Below, one piece after another: positions 23,026 through 36,098 of a stretch of 64,000 bases of DNA. Positions within the stretch are counted from its first letter, which is position 1. Each line of letters starts with the position of its first letter. Under the pieces are notes generated by a model that was not told where the DNA came from, searched no databases, and was given only the letters and a program-made list of their open reading frames with translations. The translations under genes were made by a program, and so were the position numbers. The DNA is from Octopus sinensis (lineage: Eukaryota), in contig NC_043013.1 in the NCBI RefSeq assembly GCF_006345805.1, forward strand, positions 9,486,001-9,550,000, in the 5' to 3' direction.

Positions 23026-23640
23026 CATCATCATCATCATAATCATCAGCATCATCATCTCAAATGGCAGAATCATCAGTGATTCGGACAAAATGCCCAG
23101 CACCAGTTCTTCTGCCTTTTTACGTCCCGAGTTTGCTGAGGTCGACTTTGCCTTTCATCCTTTTGTAGTCGATAAAGTAAGTACCAGGTGAACACTGGAA
23201 TTGATGTAACCGACTAACCTCTTTTCCAAAATTCCAGTCCTTGTGCCTATAGGAATGCAGTTAATTGAAATTGTCAGAGCATCTGAAAAAAATATTTTGT
23301 TGTTATTTGCTTCGTCTCTTCGCCGTCCTGAGTTCAAACCCCACCATATCTAACATTGCATTTTATCGTTTCCTGATCGATTCCGATACTTACAAGTCAA
23401 GAACCGGGATCGATGGTATCGACTAACATTCTCCTTTCAAAATTATTGGCCTTGTGCTTAAATCGAAAACCAATATCATTAATCAGAAAAATAATGAACC
23501 AGAATCGTACGTTTTAAGATAGCTAACCTGTGCTCGTATACTCTTTAAGTTCAATCCCCGACGACGTCAACATTGTCTTACATCTTTTTCGGGTACGATA
23601 AAGAAGTATACCAGTCAAATATTGGGGTCCCAATAATCGT
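22725..23640 (+). mobile_element. cluster of four decayed SINE family C copies
   Basis: GAGTT..A...(G)TCGACTTTGCCTTTCATC...GATA..AGTACC motif at ~22730, ~23130, ~23330, ~23550. Confidence 0.7.
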
Positions 23641-23734
23641 CTAATCGCTTTCCTCAAATTCGTAACCGCGTGTTCGCATTAGAAAACATAATGGTTTACA
23701 AATATTCTTCCTTCTTGTATAGCTATTACACTGA

Positions 23735-23737
23735 GTA

Positions 23738-23788
<51 letters not shown>

Positions 23789-23789
23789 C

Positions 23790-23824
<35 letters not shown>

Positions 23825-24246
23825 AGAGTAGCAGCAGCTGCACCAGTTGTAGTAGTAATAGTAGTAGCATCTTTCATTTTCTTTCTTTTCTTCTCATTTT
23901 TTAAATTTGCATCATCATCATCATCATCATTATCATTGTCATTGTCATCAACAGTAGCAACAACGTCGTTATAATCATCACCATTATCATCATCCTAATC
24001 ATGATCATCATCATCACCACCACCACCACCACCACCACCACCACTACCATCGCCACCATCACCACAACCATCACCACCACCATTACCACCACCACCACCA
24101 TCATCACCACCATCATCATCATCATTATCATTGTCATCAATAGTAGCACCATCGTCGTTATAATCGTCACTATCATCATCATCCTCAACATGATCACCAC
24201 CACCACCACCACCACCACCATCATCATCATAATCATCATCATCATC
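23735..24246. repeat. (AGT)n/(ATC)n/(ACC)n trinucleotide field with an internal ~210-bp duplication
   Basis: ATTATCATTGTC..CA(C/T)AGTAGCA..A.CGTCGTTATAATC occurs at ~23930 and ~24125. Confidence 0.85.
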
Positions 24247-24721
24247 GATTATCTCTTTTGCCGCCAATCCCTTCTTATCTATAAATGTTATTAAACTACG
24301 GCTTAGCCAACACCAGATGATAATCTATAGAAATCATTTCTCAACCGTTTATATTATTTTTATCTTCTTTTAATATTTAAATGTTATTATTTTCATCCAT
24401 TCGTATTATTTTATGTCTGCATGTATGCGGTGGTGGTGATGGTGGTGGTGGTGGTGGTGGTGATAGTGGTGGGGCGGGGGCGGCGAAGGGGGGTGTTATA
24501 TTTTTTTTATTCTGGGGTTCCTTTTACAGATATTATTTCATTTCGGTTGTTGATTTGTATAATTACCTATCGACACGTTTCTTTGTCAGAATACATGTGT
24601 GTGTGTGTATGTGTGTGTGTGTGTCTGTGTGTGTGTGTGTGCGTCTGTGCGTAAGCGCACGTGCTATTAATGGAGCATACATACATATATATATATATAT
24701 ATAAGATAGATAGATAGACAT

Positions 24722-24760
<39 letters not shown>

Positions 24761-24937
24761 TATAGATAGATAGATAGCTATGAATACAGATAGACAGATA
24801 CATACATACATACGTACGTACATGCGCGTATATGTGTATGTATCATACATTAATATGCCTTTCACATTGATAGATCTATAAATATAATATATATATATAT
24901 GTGTGTGTGTGTATTTATGTGTAATAATACATATGAC

Positions 24938-24988
<51 letters not shown>

Positions 24989-25149
24989 CACTATATCATA
25001 TATATCCTATTAAAATACATATTGCATCTCATATGTGTGCGTGTTTGCATGTGTGTGTGTGCGTGTGTGTGTGCCTCCATATGTGTGTTTGATATGTGTG
25101 TGCGTGTGTGTGTGCATATAAAATCACCACTATATATTGGAATACAACA

Positions 25150-25591
25150 CACGGCCTATCCAACTTACGACCAATCGACTTTACAACGATTGGCGCGCCA
25201 GCTCCCGGCAGCAATAATAAGTAGTCCAGTTGAAATCTAATGGGTTTAATTTCTTAGAAATTAACCTGTCTACGGATGATGTCAGCTAAACGCTTTCCCT
25301 AGTTTTGGTTATCGATCGCCACTGTGTTGGATGACTATTCTGTCACGGAGACATCTAGGCAACCTTTATATTTGTTTATAAGACGACTCCTTGAGTCTCC
25401 AAAGTTTTTGACTAACGCCAGTATAATAGTATAATACAGAGGATGCTGTGTATGACCTTTACCTGAGAATATACCTTAAGAATGTAAAAATATATAACAA
25501 AGCTATGTAGGCCTATAGGCTGACTTACGACCAAATCGACTTACGACCAGTCAGTCAGAACCAATTGTGGTCGTAAGTCGGCGATGATCTG
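25150..25591. mobile_element. Tigger/pogo-like non-autonomous DNA element (MITE)
   Basis: Terminal CA(C/G)...ACTTACGACCA inverted motif; ACTTACGACC repeated internally. Confidence 0.55.
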
Positions 25592-25849
25592 CAATAAAAT
25601 GTATTGGAATACATGCTTGTTCATGATTTCATCAGACGGAAGCCTCTGAGAAGACCTTGATGCACTTGTAGCTATTAAAAAAAATGAAAAATCAAATATA
25701 AACAAATGATAGATAAGACAGAGGTGGGAACAAAACACCCGGGGTTGTTTTCTGGGGAAGAAATGCTGGAAACAAGTTATTAAAGCAGGGGTTCGTTGGG
25801 TGTTGTTAGAGGCTATGTGTGTATATCAATATATATATATATTATCTAG

Positions 25850-26400
25850 GTTGTCCCACAGAACTCCCCTTTTTAGGGGTTTCGGTTGTGCATACTGTAG
25901 GAGTTACAGTGCGCTGCTCCAAGTGGTCCCGCAGTTTCCCTTTATCTGGCAATATTAGGATCTTATCCATTGTCTTGCATTCAAGATCTTCTGCATGATA
26001 TCCTGCTAGTTCAAAGCCAGGAGTCTGATCTGTTATGTCCTGCCGATAACTAAATCTGAGCCCTGCTGCCGACGCTTCGATTTATTGTCGTTAAGGTTTT
26101 GTCTGTCCCCTACTCTTCGACCTACCTGGATATTTCTCTCCTTCCAGCATAGCACTCCAAGTCAATGGAGCACACAGGCACTTCACCGTGACAAGGTACT
26201 TGTTGAATTGGCCGTTGACTACACAGTAGTTCTTCCACCCTTTGACCGGTCTTATTTTTCGTCTCGTAGAGTGTTCAATAATCACCCTCCTCACCAAGCA
26301 AACTTGCTAGGGTTGCCAGTTTAGTCACCGAAGACCCGACCATGCGACAGGTTGTATTGGGTTACATGTTACCAGTAGCACTAAAGAGCGACCTGACATG
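25850..26400 (-). mobile_element. putative LINE (RTE-like) 5' UTR plus fragment
   Basis: Homologous to 6541-6630; clade by recall only. Confidence 0.4.
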
Positions 26401-26604
26401 GAATATATAATATAAGTATATATATCATTGGACCTTCCTTTTTCTATGTTTCTGACGAAGAGCTCCACTCGAAACGTTAAATCTTCCGTCTTTCTTTCCT
26501 TTCCTGAGCGTCCAATAACACTATACTTGTTCCACATCCTCGCGTTGTTGTGTTTTCTCTTTGGTCATGCTTGGATTAAAATTTATATATATATATATAT
26601 ATAT

Positions 26605-26768
26605 AGGCGTAGGAGTGGCTGTGTGGTAAGTAACTTGCTTACCAACCATATGGTTATAGGTTCAATCCCACTGTGTGACACCTTGGGCAAGTGTCTTCTA
26701 CTATAGCCTCGGGCCGACCAAAGCCTTGTGAGTGGATTTGGTAGACGGAAACTGAAAGAAGCCCGTCG

Positions 26769-26799
<31 letters not shown>

Positions 26800-27027
26800 G
26801 TGTGTGTGAGTCTCTGTGTCTGTGTTTGTCCCACCCCCACCCCCAACATCAGCTTAACAACTGATGCTGGTGTATTTATGTCCCCGTAATTTAGCGGTTC
26901 GGCAAAAGAGACCAATAGAATAATTACTAGGCTTACTGGGGTCGATTCGCTCGACTAAAAGGCGGTGCTCCAGCATGGCCGCAGTCAAGTGACTGAAACA
27001 AGTACAAGAGTAAAAGCGTAAAAGAGT
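26605..27027 (+). mobile_element. SINE family D, full length
   Basis: AGGCGTAGGAGTGGCTGTGTGGTAAG head, CCTTGGGCAAGTGTCTT CORE-like block, internal microsatellite, GAGTAAAA tail. Confidence 0.92.
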
Positions 27028-28100
27028 ATATATATACATATATAGGAGATGTAAGTTAAAAATTTTTTTTAAACGCATCTAAATGCAAGATTGTTAAAGT
27101 AATAAATTACTGTATTAAACTCGATTGGTCTACTGTGTGTTTTGCCAAAGATCTTCGATATATGGTAGAAGAAACATACCAAATGGAAAACATCTCTACA
27201 TTAGACGTGGATAAAGACTATAATATGAATGTTCAGCATAGTGGATTTTACTCGCGGTAAAATTACTGCATGTTGTCAAAAATTATTGTTCAAGTGGGTG
27301 TTGCTCTATGTGGTTCAATAATCTACTAGAAATAGTAGACAAGTCTGTCTCAAGTCAAACTTTTGACCTGAAACAAGAAGGTCAATGTTTGAACCAGTAG
27401 ATGCAGACAAAGGTAATGTTGTTGTTTCTTTTTTTGTCATACTGGAGTTTGATCAGAGATGAAATATGCTTAAACAAAAAAGACTGCTCCTGATATATAC
27501 GAGTAAAGTAAACTTTACTTGTCCAACAGCACGAAATAGTTATGGATTTTCTACGAAGTCCATGTTCGCTGCGAAGCATATAAAATATGTACTACTAAGA
27601 CGTAAATATACCATGTAATCCAGCATGCTAATATTTTTGTCGTAACAGACACCCTCAGAGCGATGGAGAAACTTCAATTTCCTCATATACATTATTTTAA
27701 ACGAAAAATCGCGTGATAAAACAATTCCAGTTCTATATGTAAAACCAGAGATCGAATGATATGACATCTCCTTTCATCCAAAGTATGGAAACTTCAATGT
27801 GTAGAAAACCCAAGAGCGCTAAAGTTAAAAAGAAATTGTAATGAACCAATCAGAGAAAGGAAATGGGAATCTTTAATTTAAGAAATGATCTCTACTCTGA
27901 ACAGCATCTAGATTCTGTTGTTGAAACAAAGTGTGATAAAAGATAAAATGCAAAGAATTTTTTTTCTTTCAAAATAACAAAGCGAACATAATATAAAGAA
28001 CTTAGGAACAGTTTGTTTTTAGAAATTACGAAATGATATGTTGTATAGGGTATATCAAACATACTAATGTTCCTGATGTCGATATCAAAATGATACTGTT

Positions 28101-28328
28101 AAGGCAGCGAGCTGGCTGCATCATTAGCACGTCGGTGGGGAGGGGATGCTAAGCAGTATTTCGTCAGCCGCTACGTTCTGAGTTCAAATACCGCCACGGT
28201 CGATTATTTTTATCTTTCATTTTTTCGGGGTCAATAAATTAATTACCAGTGAAACACTGGGGTCGATGAAATCAACTAATCCCCTCCCCTAAATTTTCAG
28301 GCCTTGTGCCTATAGCAGAAAGGATATT
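28101..28328 (+). mobile_element. SINE family C
   Basis: AAGGCAGCGAGCTGGC...GTTCTGAGTTCAAAT...GGGGTCGATGAAATC...AGAAAGGATATT. Confidence 0.85.
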
Positions 28329-28765
28329 AAAGCGAAACTAAGACGGGATTCGAGGGAAAATTAGAAAAAGAACACACTGGTATTGGTTCCAAATTTGACT
28401 TTGATTGGATTTGAATATAAAGATATCGAATATTGTATATCATATTTACATGCATACATGTCGACCTAGCATGTAGTGTAATTATTCAAACATCTTCAGA
28501 ACCTTTCCAAATCTTGCTGCATTTCATATGGCATTTTTGGTTGTCCAAAGAGATCTTGGTTTTGAAAAGTCAACCTACCTTTTTTGAGACGTTAAATTTT
28601 GGTCCGAAAAGAATCGACTTGTATATCACTAAGTACAGTAATATTTCGTTCGATAAGGCAGCGAACTGGCAGAAACGTTAGCATTCATCAGTGTTGTTAA
28701 TTATTGTCATGCTTTCGTGTTCCCTATTGATGCTCTTGATATTGGCTATTGGGTAACTGGATAAT

Positions 28766-28842
<77 letters not shown>

Positions 28843-29198
28843 TAAATACATACACACACGTTTCGCGCACACACAGAGAGACACACTCACACACACATAT
28901 ATATATATATGCATTCATGTTTGTATATATATTCGTATAGCTTGTGTGTACATTTAGATGTTTGACTACTACCGTATGAGCTAGAGCACAACGTAGATTA
29001 TCATTATGCATTCATCTTCTAGTGTTGTGGTTCATCAGCTTCTATACCTAGCAGTTTTATTGCGCACAGTATGGGTAAAGGTCGTAATTATCCTTACGTC
29101 TAAGTAGTTATGTAACTTTCTATAGTATATCCATATTAAGTAAAATATGCAGAATGCTAGTTTGTACTAAAGTTGCTTCTGTCGCTAATAACGAATAT

Positions 29199-29247
<49 letters not shown>

Positions 29248-29522
29248 ACGAATATATATATATAATTAGAAAAAAACGCCTTTTATCAATTCAAAATGAA
29301 CAATTAAATTACACCATCTAGAAAATTACATATAATAGAAATATTAAAATTAAAGTAACAATAAAATGTCAATGATTAAGTAAATTGCAAAAAAATAATA
29401 ATTAAAACGTAGGTGGTTTTTTAAAATGTTTTATATATATATTATATTGTATGTAATTTGATTTAGCTTTTCTAAATTGAATTTTTTTCCTTGTAAGTTT
29501 TCGATTTTATTCCCTCAAATAA

Positions 29523-29568
<46 letters not shown>

Positions 29569-29590
29569 GTATATATATATAATATATATA

Positions 29591-29644
<54 letters not shown>

Positions 29645-29699
29645 TATATATATATATATATATGTATGCATGTATGTATGTATGTATGTATGTATGTAT

Positions 29700-32070
29700 A
29701 TTCCAAAAGAAACACGACCAACCAAGGCCCATCAGTTGTGAAAAACAAAACTGGATTTAAGCCTCCAATGAACAACGTTAAGCACTTAGAGGAATACATA
29801 AAGTATCCGAAAAGATCAGCAATCACAAACATTGCAACAAATCGTATAAAGCAGCCATTACGAATGAACAAAGGACATTGGAATGTCTGCAGAAAGATTC
29901 CTCTATAGGCATTAATGAAGCTGAAAAATAGACAAAATCCATGATATGGAAATGGTCTTAGAAAAACTAAATGACCAAGATTTCTCAAAAGAATTAGAAA
30001 CGAATGCAGATAAACAAACAATGCGTAAAATCAGTAAATTAACAAATTGAAAACTGACTTAACGGAAAAGTAATTGGATTACATCAGTAATTTTAAGGTA
30101 AAAACAAGTAACATTTATGGTCTTCCACAAACGTGAAGTCTAAAGAAATCAATAACAGTATAAAGAATCTCTATGAACCATACGGGAAACATTCCAAACA
30201 GTCTGCTCTAAAATTACGTCCAGTTGTTGCAGAACCAGCATTTAGCATTCAACGGGTTTAGCAATTTCCTTGGCGTAATTTTGAAATTATTGTGTAAATT
30301 TGTGCCTAGTTTCATCAGTGATGACATGGACTCCGTAAACTATGTTCCAGAGTAAAGAGAGGATCCTGATTAGATCCCATATGGATTACCATTAGAAACA
30401 GTAGAATTCTGGCTACGCAAATTCCCAGCAAGAATTTGGAAGAGATTCGCAAAAGAGTTTACACATAAATTATTATGATTCGTACTAAGAAATAATTACT
30501 TCATTCCTACAAATGCAAGGCATGGCAATGGGGACAAGAATCGCCCGACGTTTTCGACACTAGTAATGGAATTCCTGGAAAAAGTCTATATCTGTCTGGA
30601 ATAACTACATTTCTAATCCGAAACCAGAAAAGATACTTAAATGACTGCTTCATATTTCGAGACAAAAGTAAAGAATTTTCTTAAATTAATAAACAGCATT
30701 CATGAATCGATCCAGTTCCCTATGGAGATTACTGAAAGGGGACTTCCTTTTCTGTACACTGATAATTCAAAGGAGAGAGTTATAACCGATCTCTACTGCA
30801 AGGACTCAGACACACACACACCAGTATTTAGATTTGGGATCTTGCCACCCACCACACACTAAAAGGGTCACATCTTTTAATATAGCAAGACGAATATGCT
30901 CAATAGATAAAGGCACAAATAAATGAGAGAAAAGACTAGTAGAACTAAATGTGCTCCTTCAGAAACAAAAACACTCAAAATCTTAATAAAACATTCCATA
31001 AAGAAATCACAAGAAATCCCAATCGCTACCCTTGCGGAGAAACACTCACACGGATGGTGAAAAAAAACCCACAAATATAAACCTTCCATTTGTAGTCATC
31101 CATAATTCTAGAAAGTGCAACATCCTACATTCATCCAAACAATACCTCTCAGTTCTATATCAAACATCAAATCTCCGACAATACTTAATGACAAATCATG
31201 AATAGCCAAAGACAACCACCAAATTTCAAGAGACTCATAAAGGTGAGATCCATATCAGAGAACGAAATAATGCAGGTAACAAACTGTGGAGATCCTCGTT
31301 GCGGAACGCATGAAATACTTGATCAAAGAACAACCAAAACATTCAAGAATGGGAAGGAATTGAAAGTGAAAGCAAACATGAATTGCAAATAAAAAATTTC
31401 GGATCTTTTCGCTTTGACCGGCAGTTTTTTAGAATAATTTCCACGTAACTAAACACTTTTCAACTTCGTATACTGGTAGAAAGTGTTTATAAAACATCTT
31501 TTTCTCTTCGCTTTATTGAGAAAATTCTATAGTTTGTAAGATATTTGTTGTTTTTTCTTCAATTTCTGCAATTTCAACCAATCAATGAGGTGAAAACATT
31601 CTGTGCCATATGAATATGTCCCTCGTTTAAGCAACAGATTAGGTTTATTTACATTTCTGAAGAAAAAAAGATACCCTTCTCCCCACCCCTAACCCTAACT
31701 AACCATAACCCTAAAACAGATTAAAATGCAATAGATCGATACTAGGGTCATAATTATGGGTGACAATTTCATATGACACCGCTAGAAAAAACTGCCGTTC
31801 AAACCGAAAAGATCCAAGATTTCTTCTAATGCATGATATACACAATAACAGAAAATACACTGCAGAATCGAGAACAAAACTGACTAGCCGCATGAGAGTG
31901 CACAAAGAGCAAATTGGAGGTCAATCGATTTGAAATGCTCAATATTGCGAAAATCTAGACCTTTGTGCAAAAGGAGAATTCAAAATGTCTCCTTATTAAA
32001 AATACAAGGCGAAAATGATCGACATCGAAAGGCAAAATAAGTCCGAATCTAAACTTGTAATTAATTGTCA
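29700..32070 (+). mobile_element. Penelope-like element (Neptune-type), decayed RT + GIY-YIG
   Basis: IYGLP, LKLRPVVA, QGMAMGTRIA, RYLNDCF (YxDD remnant), NCGDPRCGT linker, ANMNCK, KY..ES..KLTSRMRVHKEQI, LDLCAKGEFK; many stops/frameshifts. Confidence 0.85.
31401..31815. mobile_element. 415-bp MITE with GG-initiated 30-bp TIRs and 8-bp TSD (Merlin-like)
   Basis: TIR GGATCTTTTCG(C/G)TTTGA(C/A)CGGCAGTTTTTT, 28/30 match; TSD AAAATTTC (31393-31400) / AAGATTTC (31816-31823); superfamily call is inference. Confidence 0.8.
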
Positions 32071-32309
32071 ACGCCATTATTACCAACAGCTTCTGTACGG
32101 ATTGTTCCAAAAAACAAGTGTATCTGAATAGTTGAACACGAAAAGCGCTTGCAAACAAGGATGGCAAAACACGAAAATTTGTTTCCCTGAAGTTCGTGAC
32201 ATTCTTTGCCACCCCTGCTTCGCATCCAACACCCTAATTTTTTTTAAATATTTAATAATTTTACGAATTTCTTTAAATATCGAAAGAGATATTTTGAAAA
32301 GTATTATTT

Positions 32310-32333
32310 GCAATGTGTGTGTATGTGCTTGTT

Positions 32334-32373
<40 letters not shown>

Positions 32374-32899
32374 CATGTATATATATGCGTACACATACAC
32401 GAACATATACACGAATATATACGCGAACATATACGCATGCATGCATGCATACTTACATGCATACACACATACATACATACATACACGAACATATACACAT
32501 ACATACACGAACATATACGCATGCATGCATGCATACATACATACATACATACATACATACATACGTACGTACATACATACATACACACATACATACACAC
32601 ACACACACACATGCATACATACATGCATACATACATACAAATATACATACACACACATGCATACATACATGCATACATACATACAAACATACATACAAAT
32701 ATACATACATGCATACATACATGCATTACATACATACAAATATACATATATACATACATACATACATACATACATACATGCATACATACATACAATATAC
32801 ATACATACATAGACATACATACATACATACATACATACATAAAACATACATACATACATACATACTACATACATACTTACATCATACATAATACATACA

Positions 32900-32930
<31 letters not shown>

Positions 32931-32940
32931 CATAATACAT
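32310..32940. repeat. (TG)n then (ACAT)n/(GCAT)n microsatellite field
   Basis: Direct inspection. Confidence 0.95.
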
Positions 32941-33158
32941 ACTCGTGCTTGCATTATGTAAATATCAGTGAACAGAATTAATACTTTTGTTCCAATATGA
33001 AATTACAATTCAATTGCGTATATCGGAAATATCATTTTTCTTAATCTTTCCCATCCACCCAATTACACATATAAGCGTCCACAGAAGCACTTGATACACA
33101 AGAGCACACACCCACGCACATCACACTTCTACACACACACACAAACACACACACCACA

Positions 33159-33214
<56 letters not shown>

Positions 33215-33851
33215 TCACTCAAGAACAAACGCATACATATCCATACATATGCATACATACACAAATACAAAAAAAAAATGCCCCTACACCGTTTGAAATA
33301 CAACAGTACAAGATCTGTAACACTTGCAATCTGTTTTCGGATATGGTACCACCCACCTTATATTTTTTTTCTCTCACTCTTTCTCGTCTGCCCGCAGTCA
33401 AACGATCACTTATTTACGCACATATATACTTACACAGCTACCCATGCCCAAGCATACACACTCGCTAAACGTTAATCTTTCACTTATCTATGAAAACACA
33501 TCTTATCATCTTACATCCAGCAAGCACCACATCACATCTACAATAATATGATCAAAGATTAAACCGCTGTGAGTGTGTCTGAGTGTTGTGTTTAGAGAGA
33601 GAGAGAGAGAGAGAACTATATGAATCTACTTTACATATATATATGCACGTGCCTTCACATATGTATATACACACATTATATAAAAACACAATTATGCATA
33701 TATATATATATGATAATAATAATACATAATAATAATAAAATAATTAATAATAATAATAAAATAATCTAATAATAATAATATATAATAATAATAATAATGT
33801 AAATTATATATATTATAAATAATATATTATATATATATATTATAAATCATA

Positions 33852-33893
<42 letters not shown>

Positions 33894-34312
33894 TACACAA
33901 CATATATATCACCAACATATAAATATATATATATGTGTGTATGCATACATATGTGTATACATACATATATATATGCATATATATGTGCACACATATGTAA
34001 TAGACATACATATATGCACTGGCACATGTGCTACATATACACGTATATGCATGCATACGCACAGACGAAAATGCTTATACGCGTATGTTCTGGCTCTCGC
34101 GTGTGCGTGGGTGTACATGTATATAAACACATAAGTGTGTAAATCTATGAGTTCACGCATGTGTTAATACGTGCCATTGAGTGTCATTGCGTTTGTGTGA
34201 ATCCGTGCATGCGTAGGTGGCTGCGTGACTGATTATCTTGTTTTTTTTTTATTATTTCTATATTTACTTGTTATTTTTATTATTTTTTTCTTATTTCGTT
34301 GCTAATCTTTAG

Positions 34313-34453
34313 GAAATCGCAAGACCATTTAGAGATATGGCCGACGAAGAATTAGAGAAATGTAAATGTTGCCTCTTTGAGAATTACTTCATTGAAGCGA
34401 AGACTATTCGCAATAAATTTCTAGCATTGCTCTTTGAATCACATCACAAATAA
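34313..34453 (+). CDS. candidate exon EIARPFRDMADEELEKCKCCLFENYFIEAKTIRNKFLALLFESHHK*
   Basis: Polypyrimidine tract, branch-like GCTAAT, TTTAG acceptor, 46 open codons; no homology recognised. Confidence 0.3.
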   Translation, partial: EIARPFRDMADEELEKCKCCLFENYFIEAKTIRNKFLALLFESHHK

Positions 34454-34551
34454 ATGAATAAATATATATAAATATATAGATATATAATATAATAAATAAA
34501 TATCCATTAAAAGTAGAAACGAAATAACCACAGAAATCATCAATAACAAAA

Positions 34552-34611
<60 letters not shown>

Positions 34612-34995
34612 GAGGAGAAGGAGGATGATGATGATGATGATGATGATAATCCACAACATCTATCTCCCAATTATCCCAATATTATTATCATTGTTCTACG
34701 CAGATTGCAAGCATTTGGTACATAGGCGTAGGAGTGGTGTGTGGTAAGTAGTTTGCTTACCAACCACATGGTTCCGGGTTCAGTTCCACTGCGTGCCACC
34801 TTGGGCAAGTGCCTTCTGCAACAGCCTCGGGCCGACCAAATCCTTTTGAGTGTATTTGATAGACGGAAACTAAAAGAAGCCCGTCGTATATATGTATATA
34901 TATTTATATATTCATATATATACATATATATTTTTTTTCTTGTTTCAGCTCAGAACTGCAGCCGTGCTGATGCACCACCGTATATATATATATAT

Positions 34996-35260
34996 AAAAC
35001 TCTGAGTTTCAGATGCCGAAGTGGAAATCCACAACACCATCTCTTCGGTTATCTGGCCATTTGAAAAACGCTATGAAAAAAAAAACCCGTTATATAAAGA
35101 TAACCGAAGAGATGGTGTTGTGGGTTTCCACTTCGGCATCTGAAACTCAGAGTTTTTATCTTGACTATTGAGTAAATGTAACATATTATTTATAGATAAA
35201 TTTCCTCTACTTACATAATATTGAGGTCTCTTTCTCTTTCTTTCTTTGTTATCTTACCGT
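34996..35260. mobile_element. PLE terminus-like fragment with a 59-bp inverted repeat
   Basis: Arms 34996-35054 and 35098-35156 (one mismatch); hammerhead-like fold in the right arm. Confidence 0.65.
35096..35162 (+). ncRNA. hammerhead-like motif with CCGAAGA core
   Basis: AAGAUAA-CCGAAGA-GAUG...CAUC-U-GAAA-CUC-A-GAG-UUU-UUAUCUU; U4 replaced by C. Confidence 0.45.
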
Positions 35261-35261
35261 T

Positions 35262-35294
<33 letters not shown>

Positions 35295-35489
35295 GTGTGT
35301 GTATACGTTTGTATGTGTGTTTGTCCCCCCAACATCGCTTGACAACCAATGCTAGTGTGTTTACGTTCCCGTAATATAGCGGTTCGGCAAAAGAGACCGA
35401 TAGAATAAGGACTAGGCTTACAAAGAATAAGTCCTGGGGTCGAATTCCTCAACTAAAGGCGGTGATCCATCATGGCCACAGTCAAATGA

Positions 35490-35712
35490 CTGAAACAAGT
35501 AAAAGAGTAAAAGAGTAAAGAGTAAATAGTATAAAGTAAAAGAGTAAAAAAGTAAAGAGTAAAAGAGTAAAAGAGTAAAGAGTAAAGAGTAAATAGTATA
35601 AAGTAAAAGAGTAAAAAAGTAAAGAGTAAAAGAGTAAAAGAGTAAAGAGTAAAGAGTAAATAGTATAAAGTAAAAGAGTAAAAAAGTAAAGAGTAAAGAG
35701 TAAAGAGTAATG
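35490..35712 (+). repeat. expanded (GAGTAAA/GAGTAAAA)n SINE tail with 67-bp higher-order period
   Basis: AGTAAATAGTATAAAG at 35521, 35588, 35655. Confidence 0.85.
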
Positions 35713-35972
35713 AGTATGAAAGTCTGCATTTTCAGTGATTCTATGTGTATGTGTGTGTGTGTATGTGTGTTTGTGTGTATGTATGTGTTTGTTAGTGTGT
35801 GTATGTGTGTAAGTATGTGTGAGTTTGTCTGTGTGTGTAGAAATGCATATCGGTACAGTATAGTATAACGTAAACAAAAGAATTTTACATTCACACATAC
35901 ACACTCACACATTTACACACGCATGCACATATATATGTACATATATATATGTATATCTCTATCTATCATCTC

Positions 35973-36026
<54 letters not shown>

Positions 36027-36098
36027 CACTCTCTCTCTCTCTCACTCTCTCTCTCTCTCTCTATCTATCTATATATATATATATATATATAATATTAT

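Larger units (their letters stand above)
34722..35510 (+). mobile_element. SINE family D split within its internal microsatellite
   Basis: Head half 34722-34890, 3' half 35315-35510, inserted material between. Confidence 0.8.

Noticed and set aside
27395-27430. ADKGNVVV, resembling a PLE RT motif
   Set aside because: Isolated 8 residues with no flanking RT motifs
32156-32217. 62-bp element with hAT-like 13-bp inverted ends
   Set aside because: Only 11/13 match and no credible 8-bp TSD
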